Positions 19,719 to 33,010 of a stretch of 64,000 nucleotides of DNA are shown piece by piece. Made by a program: the position numbers and the translations under genes. The notes beneath the pieces are model-generated. The model worked only from the letters and a program-made list of their open reading frames with translations. It did not search any database and was not told the DNA's origin. The stretch comes from an uncultured Verrucomicrobiae bacterium (GTDB lineage Bacteria; Verrucomicrobiota; Verrucomicrobiia; Chthoniobacterales; UBA10450): positions 544,001 through 608,000 of the forward strand of contig CAWFGO010000002.1 of the NCBI GenBank assembly GCA_963815455.1. The letters are read 5' to 3'. The number at the start of each line of letters is the position of its first letter. Within the stretch, counting starts at the first letter, position 1.

Positions 19719-20685
19719 AATAGGCTACGGTCCGAGGCAGCCCCTCTCTTAGAGAAATCTCTGGTCGCCACCCAAGCGCCCTGTCGATCTTCCGATAATC
19801 GCTGTAGTAATCGCCGATATCGATCGCTTCTCTGTCGGCGGGGAAGGGAACAACTTCATAGTCGCCGCTTCCGTTTAGCTCGATCAATAGCGCTGCCAAC
19901 TCTCGCAAGCTGATCTGCTCATGGTGACCCAGATTGAAGACGTGACCTTCCGCCTCCCTCTTTGCCGCCGACATCAGCAGCGCTTCAACCACGTCATCGA
20001 CAAAGTTGAAGTCGCGCCGCTGCTCGCCTGTTCCGAAAACCTGAATGGGCTTGCCTTCAATTAGATTGCGGATCCAGACTCCGAGAAATGTCTGGCGCGC
20101 ATCTTTCACCCTCATGCCGGGCCCGTAGGTGTTGGTCAGGCGCAGGGCGCAGGCGCGGATTCCGTAAACATGATTGTAGAGCAGGTGGTACCATTCGCCG
20201 GCGAGTTTGTTGATGCCATTCACATCGATTGGGTTGAGAGGATGCTTCTCGTCCACCGGCAGATACTGTGGACGGCCATAAACTTGCCGGGTGCTGGCGA
20301 ATACAATTTTTACGTTCCGATTGTGGAGGCGGCAGGCCTCGAGGATCGACAACTGCGCCGCCGCGTTGATGTTCAAATCGGTCAGCGGATCGGTCATAGA
20401 ATCCAAATGGCTGGTTTGGCCGGCGAGGTTAAAAAGAAAATGGCGGCCCTCGATCAGGGAGGACATGGCCCGCGCATCCCGAACATCGGAAAGCTCCACG
20501 GTTACATCCTCTCGAATGTCGTGAATATTGAAGAGGTTGCCGCCGTACTCCGGGATCAAGCTGTCCACCAAAGTAATTTTCGCGCCCAGACCGAGAAGAC
20601 GCCGCGCCAGCGAAGAACCGATGAAACCGAGGCCGCCTGTGATGAGCACATCCGCCTCGGAAAATATCTTGTCATCGAAGGGCAC
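19690..20685 (-). CDS. NAD-dependent epimerase/dehydratase (extended SDR)
   Basis: ITGGLGFIGS, ASTRQVYG, NGINK (catalytic Tyr position is Asn), LRLTNTYGP, RDFNFVDD. Confidence 0.9.
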   Translation of the reverse strand: MPFDDKIFSEADVLITGGLGFIGSSLARRLLGLGAKITLVDSLIPEYGGNLFNIHDIREDVTVELSDVRDARAMSSLIEGRHFLFNLAGQTSHLDSMTDPLTDLNINAAAQLSILEACRLHNRNVKIVFASTRQVYGRPQYLPVDEKHPLNPIDVNGINKLAGEWYHLLYNHVYGIRACALRLTNTYGPGMRVKDARQTFLGVWIRNLIEGKPIQVFGTGEQRRDFNFVDDVVEALLMSAAKREAEGHVFNLGHHEQISLRELAALLIELNGSGDYEVVPFPADREAIDIGDYYSDYRKIDRALGWRPEISLREGLPRTVAYYREQQSHYW

Positions 20686-20773
20686 AGTGAATTGTAGGTT
20701 TGAGATGAAAAGATTTTCGATAACTTTTTCGCGCTTTTTTTGCGAAAATCCGCCAAACTCGCTCTTCGAGCCA

Positions 20774-21785
20774 ATGAATCACCAACCAGCAGCCCAACGG
20801 ACTCCAGAGTTGTCCCTGGTAATTCCTGTTTACAACGGGAGCCAGACTATCGAATCGCTGGTCGAGCACATCCACGTCGTTTTCGCCTCGATGGAGATCG
20901 AAGTCATACTTGTAAATGACGGTTCAAAGGACGACAGCGAAGGCGTTTGCGCGGCACTGGCTCGGAAATTTCCGGCGACAATAACGTTCGTCCATTTGAG
21001 TAGAAACTTCGGCGAACACAACGCGGTTCTCGCGGGGCTGAGTCTATACGCGGGGCAAATATGTAGCGGTGCTCGACGACGACGGTCAGAACCCGCCGGA
21101 AGAAGTGCAGCCGATGCTACTGGAACTGAAGCGAGGAAATTACGACGTCGTTTATGGCCATTACATCGACAAGCAACATTCGTGGTTTCGTAATGCCGGA
21201 AGCCTGTTCAACGACCGGATAGCCTCTCTGATGCTGGACAAGCCCAAGGAGATCTATCTTTCCAGTTTCAAAGTGATGACTCGCTTTGTTGTCGATGAAA
21301 TCGTCAAATATCGAGGGCCATTTCCCTACATTGATGGCCTGATTTACCGCACGATCCGCAAGATCGGCCAGATACCGGTGGAACATCGGGCCAACACCAG
21401 CGGGCCATCTCGCTACACGTTCCGAAAGCTGGTCGGGCTTTGGTTAAACATGTTCCTGAACTTCTCCGTCGCGCCGCTGCGGGTTGCAGTTTACGTCGGC
21501 CTGACCACCTCGTGCCTGAGCGTCTTAGCTCTCCTCTACATCTTGATCGACAAGCTTTGGATCACCCCGGGCGTAACTGTAGGAATTCCGACCGTGCTTG
21601 GCGCTATTATTTTCCTTTCCGGCGTTCAATTGATGGTGCTCGGTCTGGTGGGCGAATATCTCGGCCGGCTCTATCTGGATCAGACCGGCACGCCTCAATA
21701 TGTCGTACGCTACGCGGCCGGAGCCAATGCAAAAAATCGGATGTCGCGAGCCGTGCAGGCAGATGTCGACCCTGTCGGAGGATGA
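20774..21785 (+). CDS. Polyprenol-phosphate glycosyltransferase, GT2 ArnC/GtrB type (frameshift near 21045)
   Basis: LSLVIPVYN, VNDGSKD, LSRNFGEHNA, LDDDGQNPPE, two C-terminal TM helices, GEYLGRLY. Confidence 0.88.
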
Positions 21786-22392
21786 AGAGCGGATTGCTGT
21801 TCAACTGTATCCAAGAACTGTTTTCCAAGGGATACGGTCTGATAACAGGAGCCGATCCATACCCGTTACGTTCTCTCCTAAGGAAAGAATATGAAGAACG
21901 TCGTCCGGAAAGGATCCTCGATGTCGGCTGCGGCAGCGGTTGTTACGCTGTGTCCGGCTATGATTATCTCGGGATCGATCCGAACGCACACTACGTCGCC
22001 TTTTGCCGTCGTAACCGGCCCGGCCAATTCGAGCAAATGTCGGCCGAACATCTCGATCTTCCCGACCGAGCGTTCGATGTCGTGCTCTGCCTGAGTGTGG
22101 GCCACCATCTTCCCGACGATTCACTTCGGCGCGTATGCCGCGAAATTAAGCGAGTCCTGACCGATGACGGCGTTTTGATTTTTCCGATCCCGTCCGGCCA
22201 ATTGTGCGATTACGGCCGATCGCCGCCCTTCTCGAATGGCTTGATGAGGGGAATTGGTTTCGTGAAGAAAAGGATTATGTCGATCTGCTTCGCCATGAAT
22301 TTTTGATCGAGCGGAAACAAAAGATTACCGATCAGTTCTATCAAACGCTGGTTATTTTCTGCCGAAAAGAAACAACCTATGCGACCCGCTGA
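21782..22392 (+). CDS. Class I SAM-dependent methyltransferase (frameshift near 22180)
   Basis: ILDVGCGSG, FDVVLC..VGHHL, RVLTDDG. ATGA-coupled to the upstream gene. Confidence 0.8.
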
Positions 22393-23123
22393 ATACGAAA
22401 TCATGTTTCGGGGGAGGAAACGCATTGGTGGTATCGTGCCTTGCATCGGTTGATTTTTGACATCTGGACAAAGAACTCCCTCTCTGGCGCGACCACGCCA
22501 TTCTGGACGCGGGCTGCGGCACGGCATGATTTTGCAACAGCTCGGGAAATCCGGTAAAAAATGTCGGGGATCGATCTTGCCCCGGAGGCGATTGAGTTCT
22601 GTCGTCGGCGCGGGTTGACCAATGTTCAACAAGCCGATATCTGCGCCCTGCCTTTTGCGAAGCCACCTTCGATGTCGTTATCTGCTCGAGCGTGCTTTAC
22701 CACCAATGGGTGAAGGACGTGGAGGGTGCATTGCGCGAGTTTCGGCGCGTCCTTCGTCCGGCGGATTATTGCTTGTGAATGTCCCAGCTTTTCGGTTTCT
22801 CTACAGTGCGCATGACGATGCCGTAATGACGGCGCATCGTTTCAAAAAGACCGAAATACGTTCGTTGCTGCTTTTGAAGAACCAGATTTGCGATTCGCGA
22901 ATTGACCTACTGGACGACCTCTTTTCCCATTCGCAGTCATCGCGCGGACCCTGGGTGGATCGAAGCACGGGACGGGACTTTCAGACATCCGGCCGTTGAC
23001 AAATCGTCTATTCGCGAGCGTTATGGCGGTGGAGCTCTGGCTCCTGCAGCGGATCGGTCTGCCGTTGGGAGTCGCACTTTTTGCATTGCTGAAAAACGGA
23101 ACGCCGCTTCTGCAACCGTTTGA
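22379..23123 (+). CDS. Class I SAM-dependent methyltransferase (several frameshifts)
   Basis: Pieces MRPAEYEIMF, HWWYRAL, ILDAGCG, LLVNVPAFRFLYSAHD, LPLGVALF; typical of glycosylation-locus methyltransferases. Confidence 0.75.
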
Positions 23124-25581
23124 TGATCGGCGACCCGAAAGACGAAGATCGAATCGCACGGGACTACCGCCGGAGGTCGCCAACAGATCGGCGATCGACT
23201 CGCTCTCGTTCGCGAACCTCCCGCTGAGTGCTCTGCTATTGCTTCTCCTCGGCCTGCTGGTCTTTCGCGATTTCGTCTTTGGAGACAAGGTCCTCCTGTA
23301 TAAGGAAGTCGGCAGCGACTCTCTGAACGATTACTTCCCGACTTTCGCCCATCTTTCTGATTACCTCCGCACAAGCGGGCTTCCCTCCTGGTCTTTTTCG
23401 GTCGGGATGGGCCAAAATCTTATCTATCTCATCGGTTATCTCGTGTTGGACCCGGTGGTGTGGCTTCCAAAAATCGATCATTCCCCTATGCTCTCGTGTT
23501 TCAGCATCTGGCAAAGAGCGTCGTCGCTGGTTGCTATTTTTGAGATTTCTTCAACTGCGTGGCCTGATCTTTCGAGCCTCGCTGGCGGGTTCTCTGCTGC
23601 TCTCTTTTTCGGCTTTCATGTGCATTGGAGCTGCTGGATCGTTTTTGCCGACGAAATTGTTTGCTTTACTTTTGTGCTATTCGCCGTGGAAGACGGCAAT
23701 TCGGGCGGCCGATGGGTTCTGTTCGCTACGCGGTCGCGTCTTGTCAGCTTGATCACTGTTTTTCATCTTTATCTTTGCGCCGTATTGCTCAGCTTCTATC
23801 TGCCAGCTTCGGCTGATCGAACTATATGGCTGGAAACCGGCAGGGCTATTATCGCGTCTTGCGCTCAGCTCGCGGCCGTATGCTTTCCTTGGCGATTGGT
23901 CTGGCGAGCGTAATCTGTCTTGGACAATGCCTACAGCGATTCTGAACAGCTCCTCGCGGTTCGGGTCACAATTGCCACACAGCTGGGCAGTCCCCGCGCT
24001 CAGTCTCCAGCTTGAATCGGCCAGCTCACTACATCACAGCCGGCTTGAGGGCATTCTCCAACGATATGTTGGCCGGGAATGATTTTCACGGCTGGGGAAA
24101 TTATCTCGAAGCCCCTATTCTGTATTGTGGCCTCTTCTGTCTGCTCATGCTTCCGCAGGTGTTCGTTGCTGCAACGCACGGCAGCGCCTTCTCTATGGCG
24201 GATTCCTCTGCTTCATGATTGTGCCTATTCTATTTCCCTGGTTCCGATATCTTTTTTGGCTTTTCCAAGGCGGATACTTATCGGACATTTTCGCTATTCT
24301 CGGTCTTCGGGCTCATCACTTTGAGCATGACGGCCTTCTCACGCTATAGCGAAGGCCGCGGCTTCAATCTTTGGGTTCTGGGCGTCACGTTGTTGGTCTT
24401 GGTTGGATTTCTTTACCTGCCGGTGGCTCAAATACAGAGCTTCATTGATCCAACCCTTAGGCAAACGGCGGCGATTTTTCCTGCTTGGATATGGCGGCCC
24501 TCCTGGCGGCAGGTCAGTTACTCAAAAGACAAGGCATTGCTGCCTGGATCATCCTGGCTCTGATCGGCGGCGGAACTGATTCATTTTGATCAAATCACAG
24601 TTTCCAGTCAGCCAACGGTCACCAAACAGGAATTAAAACAACGCGTCGGCTACAATGACCAAACCGTCGATGCCGTTCGCGATCTCAAGCAGAACGACAA
24701 GAGCTTCTTCCGAATCAGGAAAACGTGGCCTCCGAGTCCGGCAGATCTATCCGAGTTTCAATGATGCAATGGTGTTCGGCTACTACGGAACTTCCTCCTA
24801 CAGCTCCTTCAACAATGTCAATTACATCAAATTTCTGATGGCCGTGGATGCCGTCTCCAGGTCGGACCTCGCGACCGAGACGACAGTGGTCGACGCGGAT
24901 TGATCGGTCAGCCGCTACTCTCGACTTTCGCCTGCGAAAAATATGTGCTCACAAAAAACCCGATTCCCTTCAAAACTGCGGATTACTACGAATTGGTTCG
25001 ATCGCTACGGAGACGTATATCTTTTCCGAAATCAGCTCTTCTTACCCCTGGGCCTGACTTTCAGCCATTATATCTCCGAAGGAGATGTTTATGCAGTTGC
25101 CCAGCGACTGGGCCAAGCCGTTGGCCTTGCTTCATTCCGTGGTGCTTTCGGATAAAGACGCCAGAGACGGGCAAGGTCTTTCACCGCTGGGCACGCAGGA
25201 ATTAAAGCGGAAGATGATCGAAACCCCACTTCCGGACATTGTCGCCGGAGCGCAGGAGCACGGCCCTTAATACTCGCTCGTTCAGCCAGACACGAATCGA
25301 GGGAACCGTCCGCGCCGATCGAGAAAGTATTCTGGTGCTTCAGACCCCATTCGATCCCGGCTGGCACGCCTTTATTGATGGTCAGCCGGCGCCCACGTTA
25401 AGGGTGGACATCGGACCTGCTCGGTGTCGCATCGGTCAGGGCGAGCACACGAGTTGAACTGCGCTATCGCCCTCCCTTGCTTTACGCCGGGCGCCGCCGT
25501 GACACTGCTCTCCTGCTGTCATCTTTTTCTGGAGCTTGTGGAAGTGGCCCCGGATTCGCCTGCCTTCATCTCCGAAAATGA
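23123..25581 (+). CDS. YfhO-family GT-C membrane glycosyltransferase (many frameshifts; ends approximate)
   Basis: N-terminal GSDSLNDYFP...LPSWSFSVGMG, many TM segments, YYGTSSYSS, C-terminal ILVLQTPFDPGWHAFIDG. Confidence 0.75.
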
Positions 25582-27188
25582 AAATTGTTAAGCTGGCAGA
25601 GTGGATCGTCGCGAGACTGCTGACCATTACGGTTCTGGCCCTTTTGATTGTCCGGGCACAGCATGCCGGGGGATTGTGGCGGGATGAATGCGCCTCCGTT
25701 CAGGTGGCAGTAATGCCGACAGTGGACGAGCTGCTTCAAAAATTATCAACGCGAGTCTTTTCCGGCCTTTTTCTATCTGATCCTGCGCGGCTTGGACGGC
25801 AGATATTTGGAACAGGTGACGCGGCTTTTCGATGCTTCGGTTTCGCCGTCGGTATTATTCTGCTGGCAGCCATCTGGACTAATTCGAGACTTTTGGCCGG
25901 AGGAGCCCCCCCTTATTCGCTCGCGCCTCCTGGGATTGAACACCACGTTTCTGTTCTGGGGAACAACCATTCGAGGATACGGCATAGGAAGTGCCCTTAT
26001 TCTTCTCACCTTCGGCCTTATCCTGAAAATTCTGCGCGATCCCAGTCGATTGGGGATTATTGCCGGGCTTACCGTCGCCTTGCTGAGTGTGCAGGTGCTG
26101 CTCTACAACTCGGTCATTCTTTTCGCGATCGGCGCCGCAGCGGCCGTCTATTTGTTTGATTCGTCGGAGATTTGCGCCCGGGCTCACCATCATTGGCATC
26201 GGGGTTGTTTGTGCAATTTCAATCCTTACCCTACGTCGCTCCATTTTGGAATGAGAGCCAGGCGACCGTTGTCTTGCGAAGTGATGTAGATCTACTCTGG
26301 TTTTGCAGCCAGCTCCGATTAGCTCTCGGAAATCCGTCCACCGTAATGACTGCTGCATGGGTGGCCCTTTTTTTGGGAGCAATCACCGGTGCCCTGTTCT
26401 GCGGCGGAATCCTTCCATCCAAACTGACCATTCCCGACTCAGAACGGCTTTTCTTCGGATGTTTGGTCGCGGTTTTTTCGGTAATTGCATACCTGGGATT
26501 CCTCCGGATCGTCGCCTACGGGGCGAGGGAGTGGTGACTATCTCGCACTCCTGGCGATCGTTGTTGCTGCCATCGATGTGTCCATTGCCGCGCTAGCCCA
26601 GGTCAAGTGGGTTCGTCTAGCCCGCCTTGTTCTGGCGATCATTGGGTTGATCGGTCTGCCGATCGTCGCGTGGCCCCAAGTGTTGCAACGCCAGACAAAC
26701 ATCGATCTAGTTGCGAAAGAACTGGAACAAACCGCGCAGCCGCGGGATCTGATTGTTGCCAATCCGTGGTATTTCGGCGTCGCCTTTAATTGGACTATCA
26801 CGGCCAGACGCTCTGGGTCACTGTTCCGACGATGCGCGATCATCGAGTACATCGCTTTGATCTGCTTAAGCAAAAAATGGCCTCGCCGAACACGATCGAT
26901 GACCTGCAGGAACTGATCAGCGGCACGCTCAAAGCGGGCGACCGGGTTTGGTTTGTCGGCGGCGTCGAGTTCAGACCGCCGGAGGAAGGCGCGCCCTACT
27001 TGCCGCCTGCGCCCTATTCTTACTTCGGTTGGCAGATGGACGCGTATGCCGAATTATGGTCGCAGCAAATCGGTGTCTTTCTACGCCATCATGCGTCTGG
27101 GGGTGAGCTTCTCCGCGTCGGAACCGGCGGCCGCGTGAATGAACTAGAAAAAGTCGATCTTCTGGTTATTGAGGGTTGGCACGAATGA
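25578..27188 (+). CDS. GT39/ArnT-like GT-C membrane glycosyltransferase (frameshifted)
   Basis: First-loop LWRDE motif, IRGYG, multiple TM segments, soluble C-terminal domain (DLIVANPWY, GDRVWFVG). Confidence 0.65.
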
Positions 27189-27241
27189 CCTCGGCCCGAG
27201 CAGGGAGGAGAGATTTCGCAGATGGCTAAGATGGGAAACAA

Positions 27242-27433
27242 ATGCGAAAGCGCGAAAGGCCGTTGCCTGGCAACTCGCGAGATCGGCGCCTTCAAACGCG
27301 AAATCTCTTCATCATCTGCATCGGTCTTATTACGATCGCGTGGCTCGTCTTTGGCCAAACGCTTCGGCATGATTTCATAAACCGCAGAAGAGGCGCGAGA
27401 ATTGGCAACCGCCCCATGAGAATTCCCAATTAG
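27242..27433 (+). pseudogene. N-terminal fragment of a TMTC-like gene
   Basis: LFIICIGLITIAWLVFGQTLRHDFIN matches paralog LAICFALVAITWAVFGQTFGFQFVNYDD (35665 gene) but breaks off before YDD. Confidence 0.6.
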
Positions 27434-27544
27434 CTGATGAGTTTGAGAAAGAAATCGCTCTTTATCGGGACGGCCTCCCCGCTGCGCGCGCCTCCCGTCC
27501 CGGCGGTGGCGTTTCCGGGCAGTAATATCAGAAACAACACGCGA

Positions 27545-29634
27545 TCAGCGCCGAGTTTTGTGATACGATGATCCGCTTTCGTAAAGCGCGATCTCCTTCT
27601 CCAGCGCAGCAACGAGAGTCGCGTCATGGGCGGACTCCGCTAGCTGGAGCGCGTGACGCGCGACCTGCCTTGCATTTGAAAAATCACCAGCTTCAGCGTA
27701 GGCGGCGGCGAGGATGCGAAGCACCACGGGCTGATTTTCCCCAGAGAGATAATTCGCTCTTTGAGCCGCCCGAAGCGCTTCCGCCCCGTTTCTAAGAGAT
27801 GAATCGGACGAAGTTGCCAGCAGCCAGGCGAGATTGCTCAGCGCCGTCATATCGTCGGCTGATATCTGAAGAGCGCTCTTGTATTCCGCGATCGCGTCCT
27901 GCGTCCGGCCCGTCTGAACAAGAGCATTTGCCAGTTGTGTGTGAAGTTCCGCAACGCCGGGACGCAATTCGAGCGCCTTTTGATAGTAAACGATTGCCTG
28001 CTCGGGTTGGCCGCTTCGGCTCAACGCCTGCGCCAGATTAGACGTTGCATCCATGTAATCGGGTCGGATGGCCAAAGCTTTTTGGTAATGAGTTATTGCC
28101 TCCGCAACCCGACCAGCTCGAAAAAGGGTTGCCCCGAGATTGTTGTGCGCTTCGGCATCATCGGGGTTGACCGCCAACGCTTTCTCGTAATGGAGATCGC
28201 GTCCTCTAACTCGCCTTTCTGAACCAGGAGGCGGGCCAGATTGTAATGCGCTTCCCCGTAATCGGGTTTTAGCGCGACGGCCTCGCGATAATGGCGAATT
28301 GCCTCGTCGATCTTCTCGTCTTCGCGAAGAGTAATGGCCAGATTGTAATGCGCCATCCAGCACGCGGGGTTCTTTTCCAGCGTGTCCTGATAAAGGGTGA
28401 CGACGTCGCTGTAGTCGCAGTTTGTCGCCAGGTCAGACGGCACCCAGAAAGCAACAGGACACGCGCCAGCCGCGGCCTTCACGGCTGGCTGCCATTCCAG
28501 CGCGGCCAAGCCGGATGTGATTCCGGCAGCCGGCCAGAACAGCGGTCCGATGCTGGCGAGATACTGAAAATGATCGCTGACAAAGGAGTAGCGGAAAAAA
28601 TAGACGCTGAACAGGCCGAGAATCGGAAACAGTGAAATTACAAAATATGCGGCGGCAAAGAATACCGGGCGGAGCCATGTCTTGCGTTTGAACCACAAGA
28701 TCGACAAAGCGATCATCGCTGCCAGCAGTGGCAAGTAAGCGACCGGTCGCGATGAATCGATGGACCACCGCGGGTAAATGAAAATGAGCGGATGCGGCCA
28801 GACGAGTTTCCCGAGATAAAACCAGATTCCGTGTCCGGCGATGATGAGTCGCTCGGGCCAGGTTTGCGCCCATTCCAAGCCGGTCGCGCCCGAGTGAACT
28901 CTCTGTTCCCAAATTGTCCACCCACTGGCCGCAATCGAGAGCAGAAAAAATGGCGCCAGGCTCGCGCGCATCGCGCCAGTGCCAGCGGTGATTGCGCCAC
29001 CAAAGACAGAGCACGAGGACAACGGGCATCACGACAGTGGACGGCTTGCTCGTGATCGCCATGGCGAAGAGAGAGATAAACAACAGCACGGTGCAAGGCC
29101 CCGAGAGCCGCGACCAAGCTTCTCCGTCGCCGCCTCTCCGCTGCCGGCAAGTCCAGCTTCAAGAACAATAGGATCGACAACAGATAGAAGAGACACGATT
29201 CGGTATTCTTTAGCTCGGTCACCCAGGCGACCGATTGCACCATCACCGGGTGCAGAGCCCAAAGGGCAGCGCCCAGCCACGCCGCCGCGAACCCCAAGCA
29301 TGCGCAAGACTCGCCAGAGCAATACGGCGTTCGCTCCGTGAATCAACACATTCAGGACGTGATATGGCAGCCGGCGTCAGGCCGACGATCTTGTGCAGGC
29401 CCAAAAGGTCGTCAGCACCAGCGGATAATAGACCGCTTGCGGGCTGGTCCAGATTTCTTCAGGCCGGCGGCCCAATAACGACCGGGTTCTCCGTGTCAGA
29501 TGTGACTCGTCGTCCCAGATGAATCCGGCATGGCTGACGCGCGCGTAGGCGATGAGAACAAGACCGATCAGGAAGAGACCCCAGAGCAACTCCGAAGGCT
29601 TCCTTCGAAGTTCAATCCTCTGCTGGGACGCCAT
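27545..29634 (-). CDS. TMTC-like GT-C glycosyltransferase with C-terminal TPR repeats (many frameshifts)
   Basis: GFIWDD, YYPLVLTTFW, ALHPVMVQSVAWVTELKN, SDHFQYLASIG, TPRs (AHYNLA, AHNNLG), NLAWLLAT. Confidence 0.8.
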
Positions 29635-29658
29635 GTCGGAGCGGTCGCACGCACTCAA

Positions 29659-29700
29659 TAAAAAGCAAACGGCCGGGCCCCGCTTTGGGACCCGGCCGCT
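29659..29700 (-). terminator. Intrinsic terminator after the TonB-dependent receptor gene
   Basis: Stem cggccggg...cccggccg followed on the minus strand by tttgcttttt. Confidence 0.7.
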
Positions 29701-29723
29701 GTTAGTTAAGCTTTCAGATTCGG

Positions 29724-32700
29724 TTAGAACTTTTTCGTAAGCGCGACGTACCAGAACCGGCCTTTAACGTCCGCAGCGGCTTCGTCGTAGCCGTTTTCGA
29801 AGGAGCTGGCCACGAACGGCGGATCGAGATCCATCACATTGTTCATACCAAGGGTGATCGAGACCCCATTCAGCCACGCTCTGAAGCCGCACGGGTTGTA
29901 CTCCGCGGTTGAGACCGGCATGACGTTCTTCTCCTTGCCGTCCTTCATCATCACGCTCTTGCCGCCGTCCTTGGAGTAGCCGGCGACCTCGCCTGCAGGC
30001 GCCGGCGGAGGCAGATTGAAGGTGTAGCTGACCTGGAGATCGAATGGTCACCCATTCGCGAACCTTGCGATCATCGGCTAGGTGAATCCTTGCCTGCCAC
30101 GTTAAGGGATACGATCCGCATGCCCGGAGGTGCAGGTTTGAAAAGCTCCGACGATGAAGCTCGGTCCCTGGTGATCCTTCCGCCATCGTATACTGTCCGG
30201 TGTAGTGAACAGTGACCCCGAGCTCGAGGCCTTCCATCCAGGTGCCCTTCGGGCCATTCCAGAAGACGTTGGCGTAGCCGCGCCAATGCGGCAGCGAGCC
30301 GAAATCGGCGTAATCACCCGCCACATTGAACGCGTCGTTTCTGGTGGCTCCATCCCCCTGCGGGCCGAACCTGGAACACGAATCTCGTTATGTATGTGCG
30401 TTCGCGGTGAGCGTGAGGGTTCCGAAATCGCCGTGCCCGAAGAGCGTGGTATCGATGATTTGGGAGGCTTCGAAATCGAAGTCCTTCAGTCATCACGCTG
30501 CCCAAATTGAAAGCTCTGATTGTTGACTTGAACAACCGATTGCCCGCCACATGCTGAACACGTACTGCCGTCTTCGAAAAGAACCTTACCGGGGAACTGG
30601 TCGCAGTTCATCGCGATAAAGTTGAAGCTGAACGGCGAAACCAGATCGCGCTCGTGAATGTGCCAGTACTCGGCGGACAGGGTCAGCCCCTTCACGAAAT
30701 ACTTCGGCGTCCAGACAGCGCCATAGCTCCAATCGTAAGCAACTTCGGGCCGCAGCGCCGGATTACCGCCGACCAAGTCCGCGGAACTGATACGTAGCCC
30801 GAGGTGGAGTTTACGTTGGAGGCCGGGAACGTCTCGGCGCCCTGCGGGCTCAACTCGTTCAAGTATGGCACGTGGAACGCCTCGCTATAGCTGGCCCGAA
30901 GCGTCAGGAATCATCGAACGGATTCCAACGGACCGAGAACTTCGGCCGTTGCGTGTTGTTCTGGCTCCGCTTCGGTGTGAACTGCCCCTGAATGCCATAC
31001 ACGCTCGAGGCATACCATTCCTCGCGCTCGGCCACATCGAACTCCAGGTTGTAGAGAACGTAAGGAATATTCCAGGTAGGGCTCGTGATCGGTATGCGCA
31101 CTTCCTGAAAAGTGCCCCACACATCTCGATTGCCCCTGGACGCCTGAATATCGGTCGAGCCGATGGTGCTGAAGCTGGTGTTCAGCGAATCGGGGTTATT
31201 CTTGTAGCGCTCCCGGCGGTGCTCCACACCAACCGCGAAGCCGATCTCACCCGCCGGCAGTTTCCAGAGGTCGCCGGTCATTTTCCAGTCTTCCAACTCC
31301 AAAGTGGTATTGGCGGTGTCATGCAAAGTGACGAACACCCTGTTCTTGGCCGCAGGCGTGTTGCGGAACGGGGGACCCGCGGTGCCCTTCGGGATCTGCA
31401 CTGTCGAATTGCCGGGGGTTCGAGGGTATTCCGAAGACATTGAACGCCGTCGCCGGGTCGGTATCGGCCAGAGCGTCGCGCAGACCCGGTCTTGCTGACC
31501 GCGTTGATGAAAAGATTCGACCATTGCACGTCGTTGTATCGGAAGTTGGTCTCCCAGTTCCAAGTCTTAAAGTAGTCGCCCATCCAGCCCATCTCGCCCT
31601 TCAAGCCAAAATCGACCATGTAGGTGTTGGTGGTGTCCTTGGAAAAGCGGCGCGGCACATCGCCAAGACCGCGGTATTTGACACCCGTGGTCACTGGCAG
31701 CCCGGCATAAACCCCAGCGCCAGCAGGCAGAACACAGTCCCCCCGATGTAAACGGATTGAAGGCGTTCTGGGTCGGCACACTAACGCCAACTGCCGAAAG
31801 CGGCGTGCCCAGCGAATTGGTGACGAATGGATCGGGCACGAACGGCACCGGCGCCAACGCCGCGTTAAAGAACGAGCGCGAGAAACTGAAGTCAGCGAAA
31901 ACAGTCAGGTATTTGTCGCAGATATCGTGCGTGTATGAAGCATACAGGTTTTCCTTATCTCCACCCGGGATGGCGGGAGTGAGACGAGCGAAATTGAAGA
32001 AAGCCCGGTCGCTCTGAATAACCATTGACGGTACTGCGATGTGATATTGAGTGCCGGCGGCCACGCGCGGATGGCCGAGATTCACAAAGGAATGCGGGTT
32101 GGGTGTGTTAGGCCCGTAGATCGATGTGCCCGAGCCCGGAATGAAGAGGGCGCTCTGAGCTCGACGAGACAAATGGCCAGTCGTTGATGAGACCGGGATG
32201 GTTGCTGCTACGAGCGTCTTTAAGAAACGCCGCCCCACTTTTGCTTCGTTGCCATTGGCCGAGATGGCGCGGTCGACACTGTAAATGTCGGCCCGATCCT
32301 CGTATTTGGCGAAGACAACGATATCGGTCTTGTCATCTCCTGTGCCGGCGAGCATCCAGGCGGTCTTTTCCGCCGCGTCGTTCGACGCGCCCGCGTTGGT
32401 ATTGCCGTAGCTGGTTCCAACTTCAAGCCCGCGGAATTATGCTTATAGAAGAAGACGTTAAACACGCCCGCTACCGCGTCTGAGCCGTAAATGGCCGAAG
32501 CGCCGTCCTTCAAGATATCGACATGATCGACCAGCTCAAAAGGCAAAGGACCAATGTCCACTGAGGTTCCGCCCAAGGCGGTGCCGTTCAAATTCGGGGC
32601 CACGCGCCGGCCATCAACCAACACCAGGGTCTCTTTAGGCGAAAATACCGCGCAGGTTAATTTCCACGCGGCCGTCGCCACCGTTGGAGATGTTTTGGTT

Positions 32701-33010
32701 GATGCTGAATCCGGTAACGCCGGGAAGTTTCTGCACCAGGTCCGTTGTCGTACGGACACCGATTCGGCGGATGTCTTCCGAGCGATAAGTATCCACCGGA
32801 TTCGGCCCGACCTCTTCGGCCGTAGGGATGTTCGAGCCGGTCACGATGACGCGCTCGACTGTGGCTTCGCCACCCGCTGGGGCGGGAGCGGCGGGTTCCT
32901 GAGCGAAGGCGCTCACAGCGGTGAGGAAAGGAATTCCAGCGACGACTACGAGAGCCGCGCGAACGAATCCTAACGTTTTAAGGTACGTTGTTGGTCATTA
33001 GTTTCTCCAT
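29724..33010 (-). CDS. TonB-dependent receptor (many frameshifts)
   Basis: TonB-box/plug VERVIVTGSNIP, INLRG, TLVLVDGRR, ILKDGASAIYGSDAVAGV; GGNPALRPE; C-terminal GRFWYVALTKKF. Confidence 0.88.

Noticed and set aside
22996..23913. Apparent methyltransferase-YfhO fusion ORF
   Set aside because: An alternative frame gives a normal methyltransferase end (FCIAEK...stop at 23123); likely an indel artefact.
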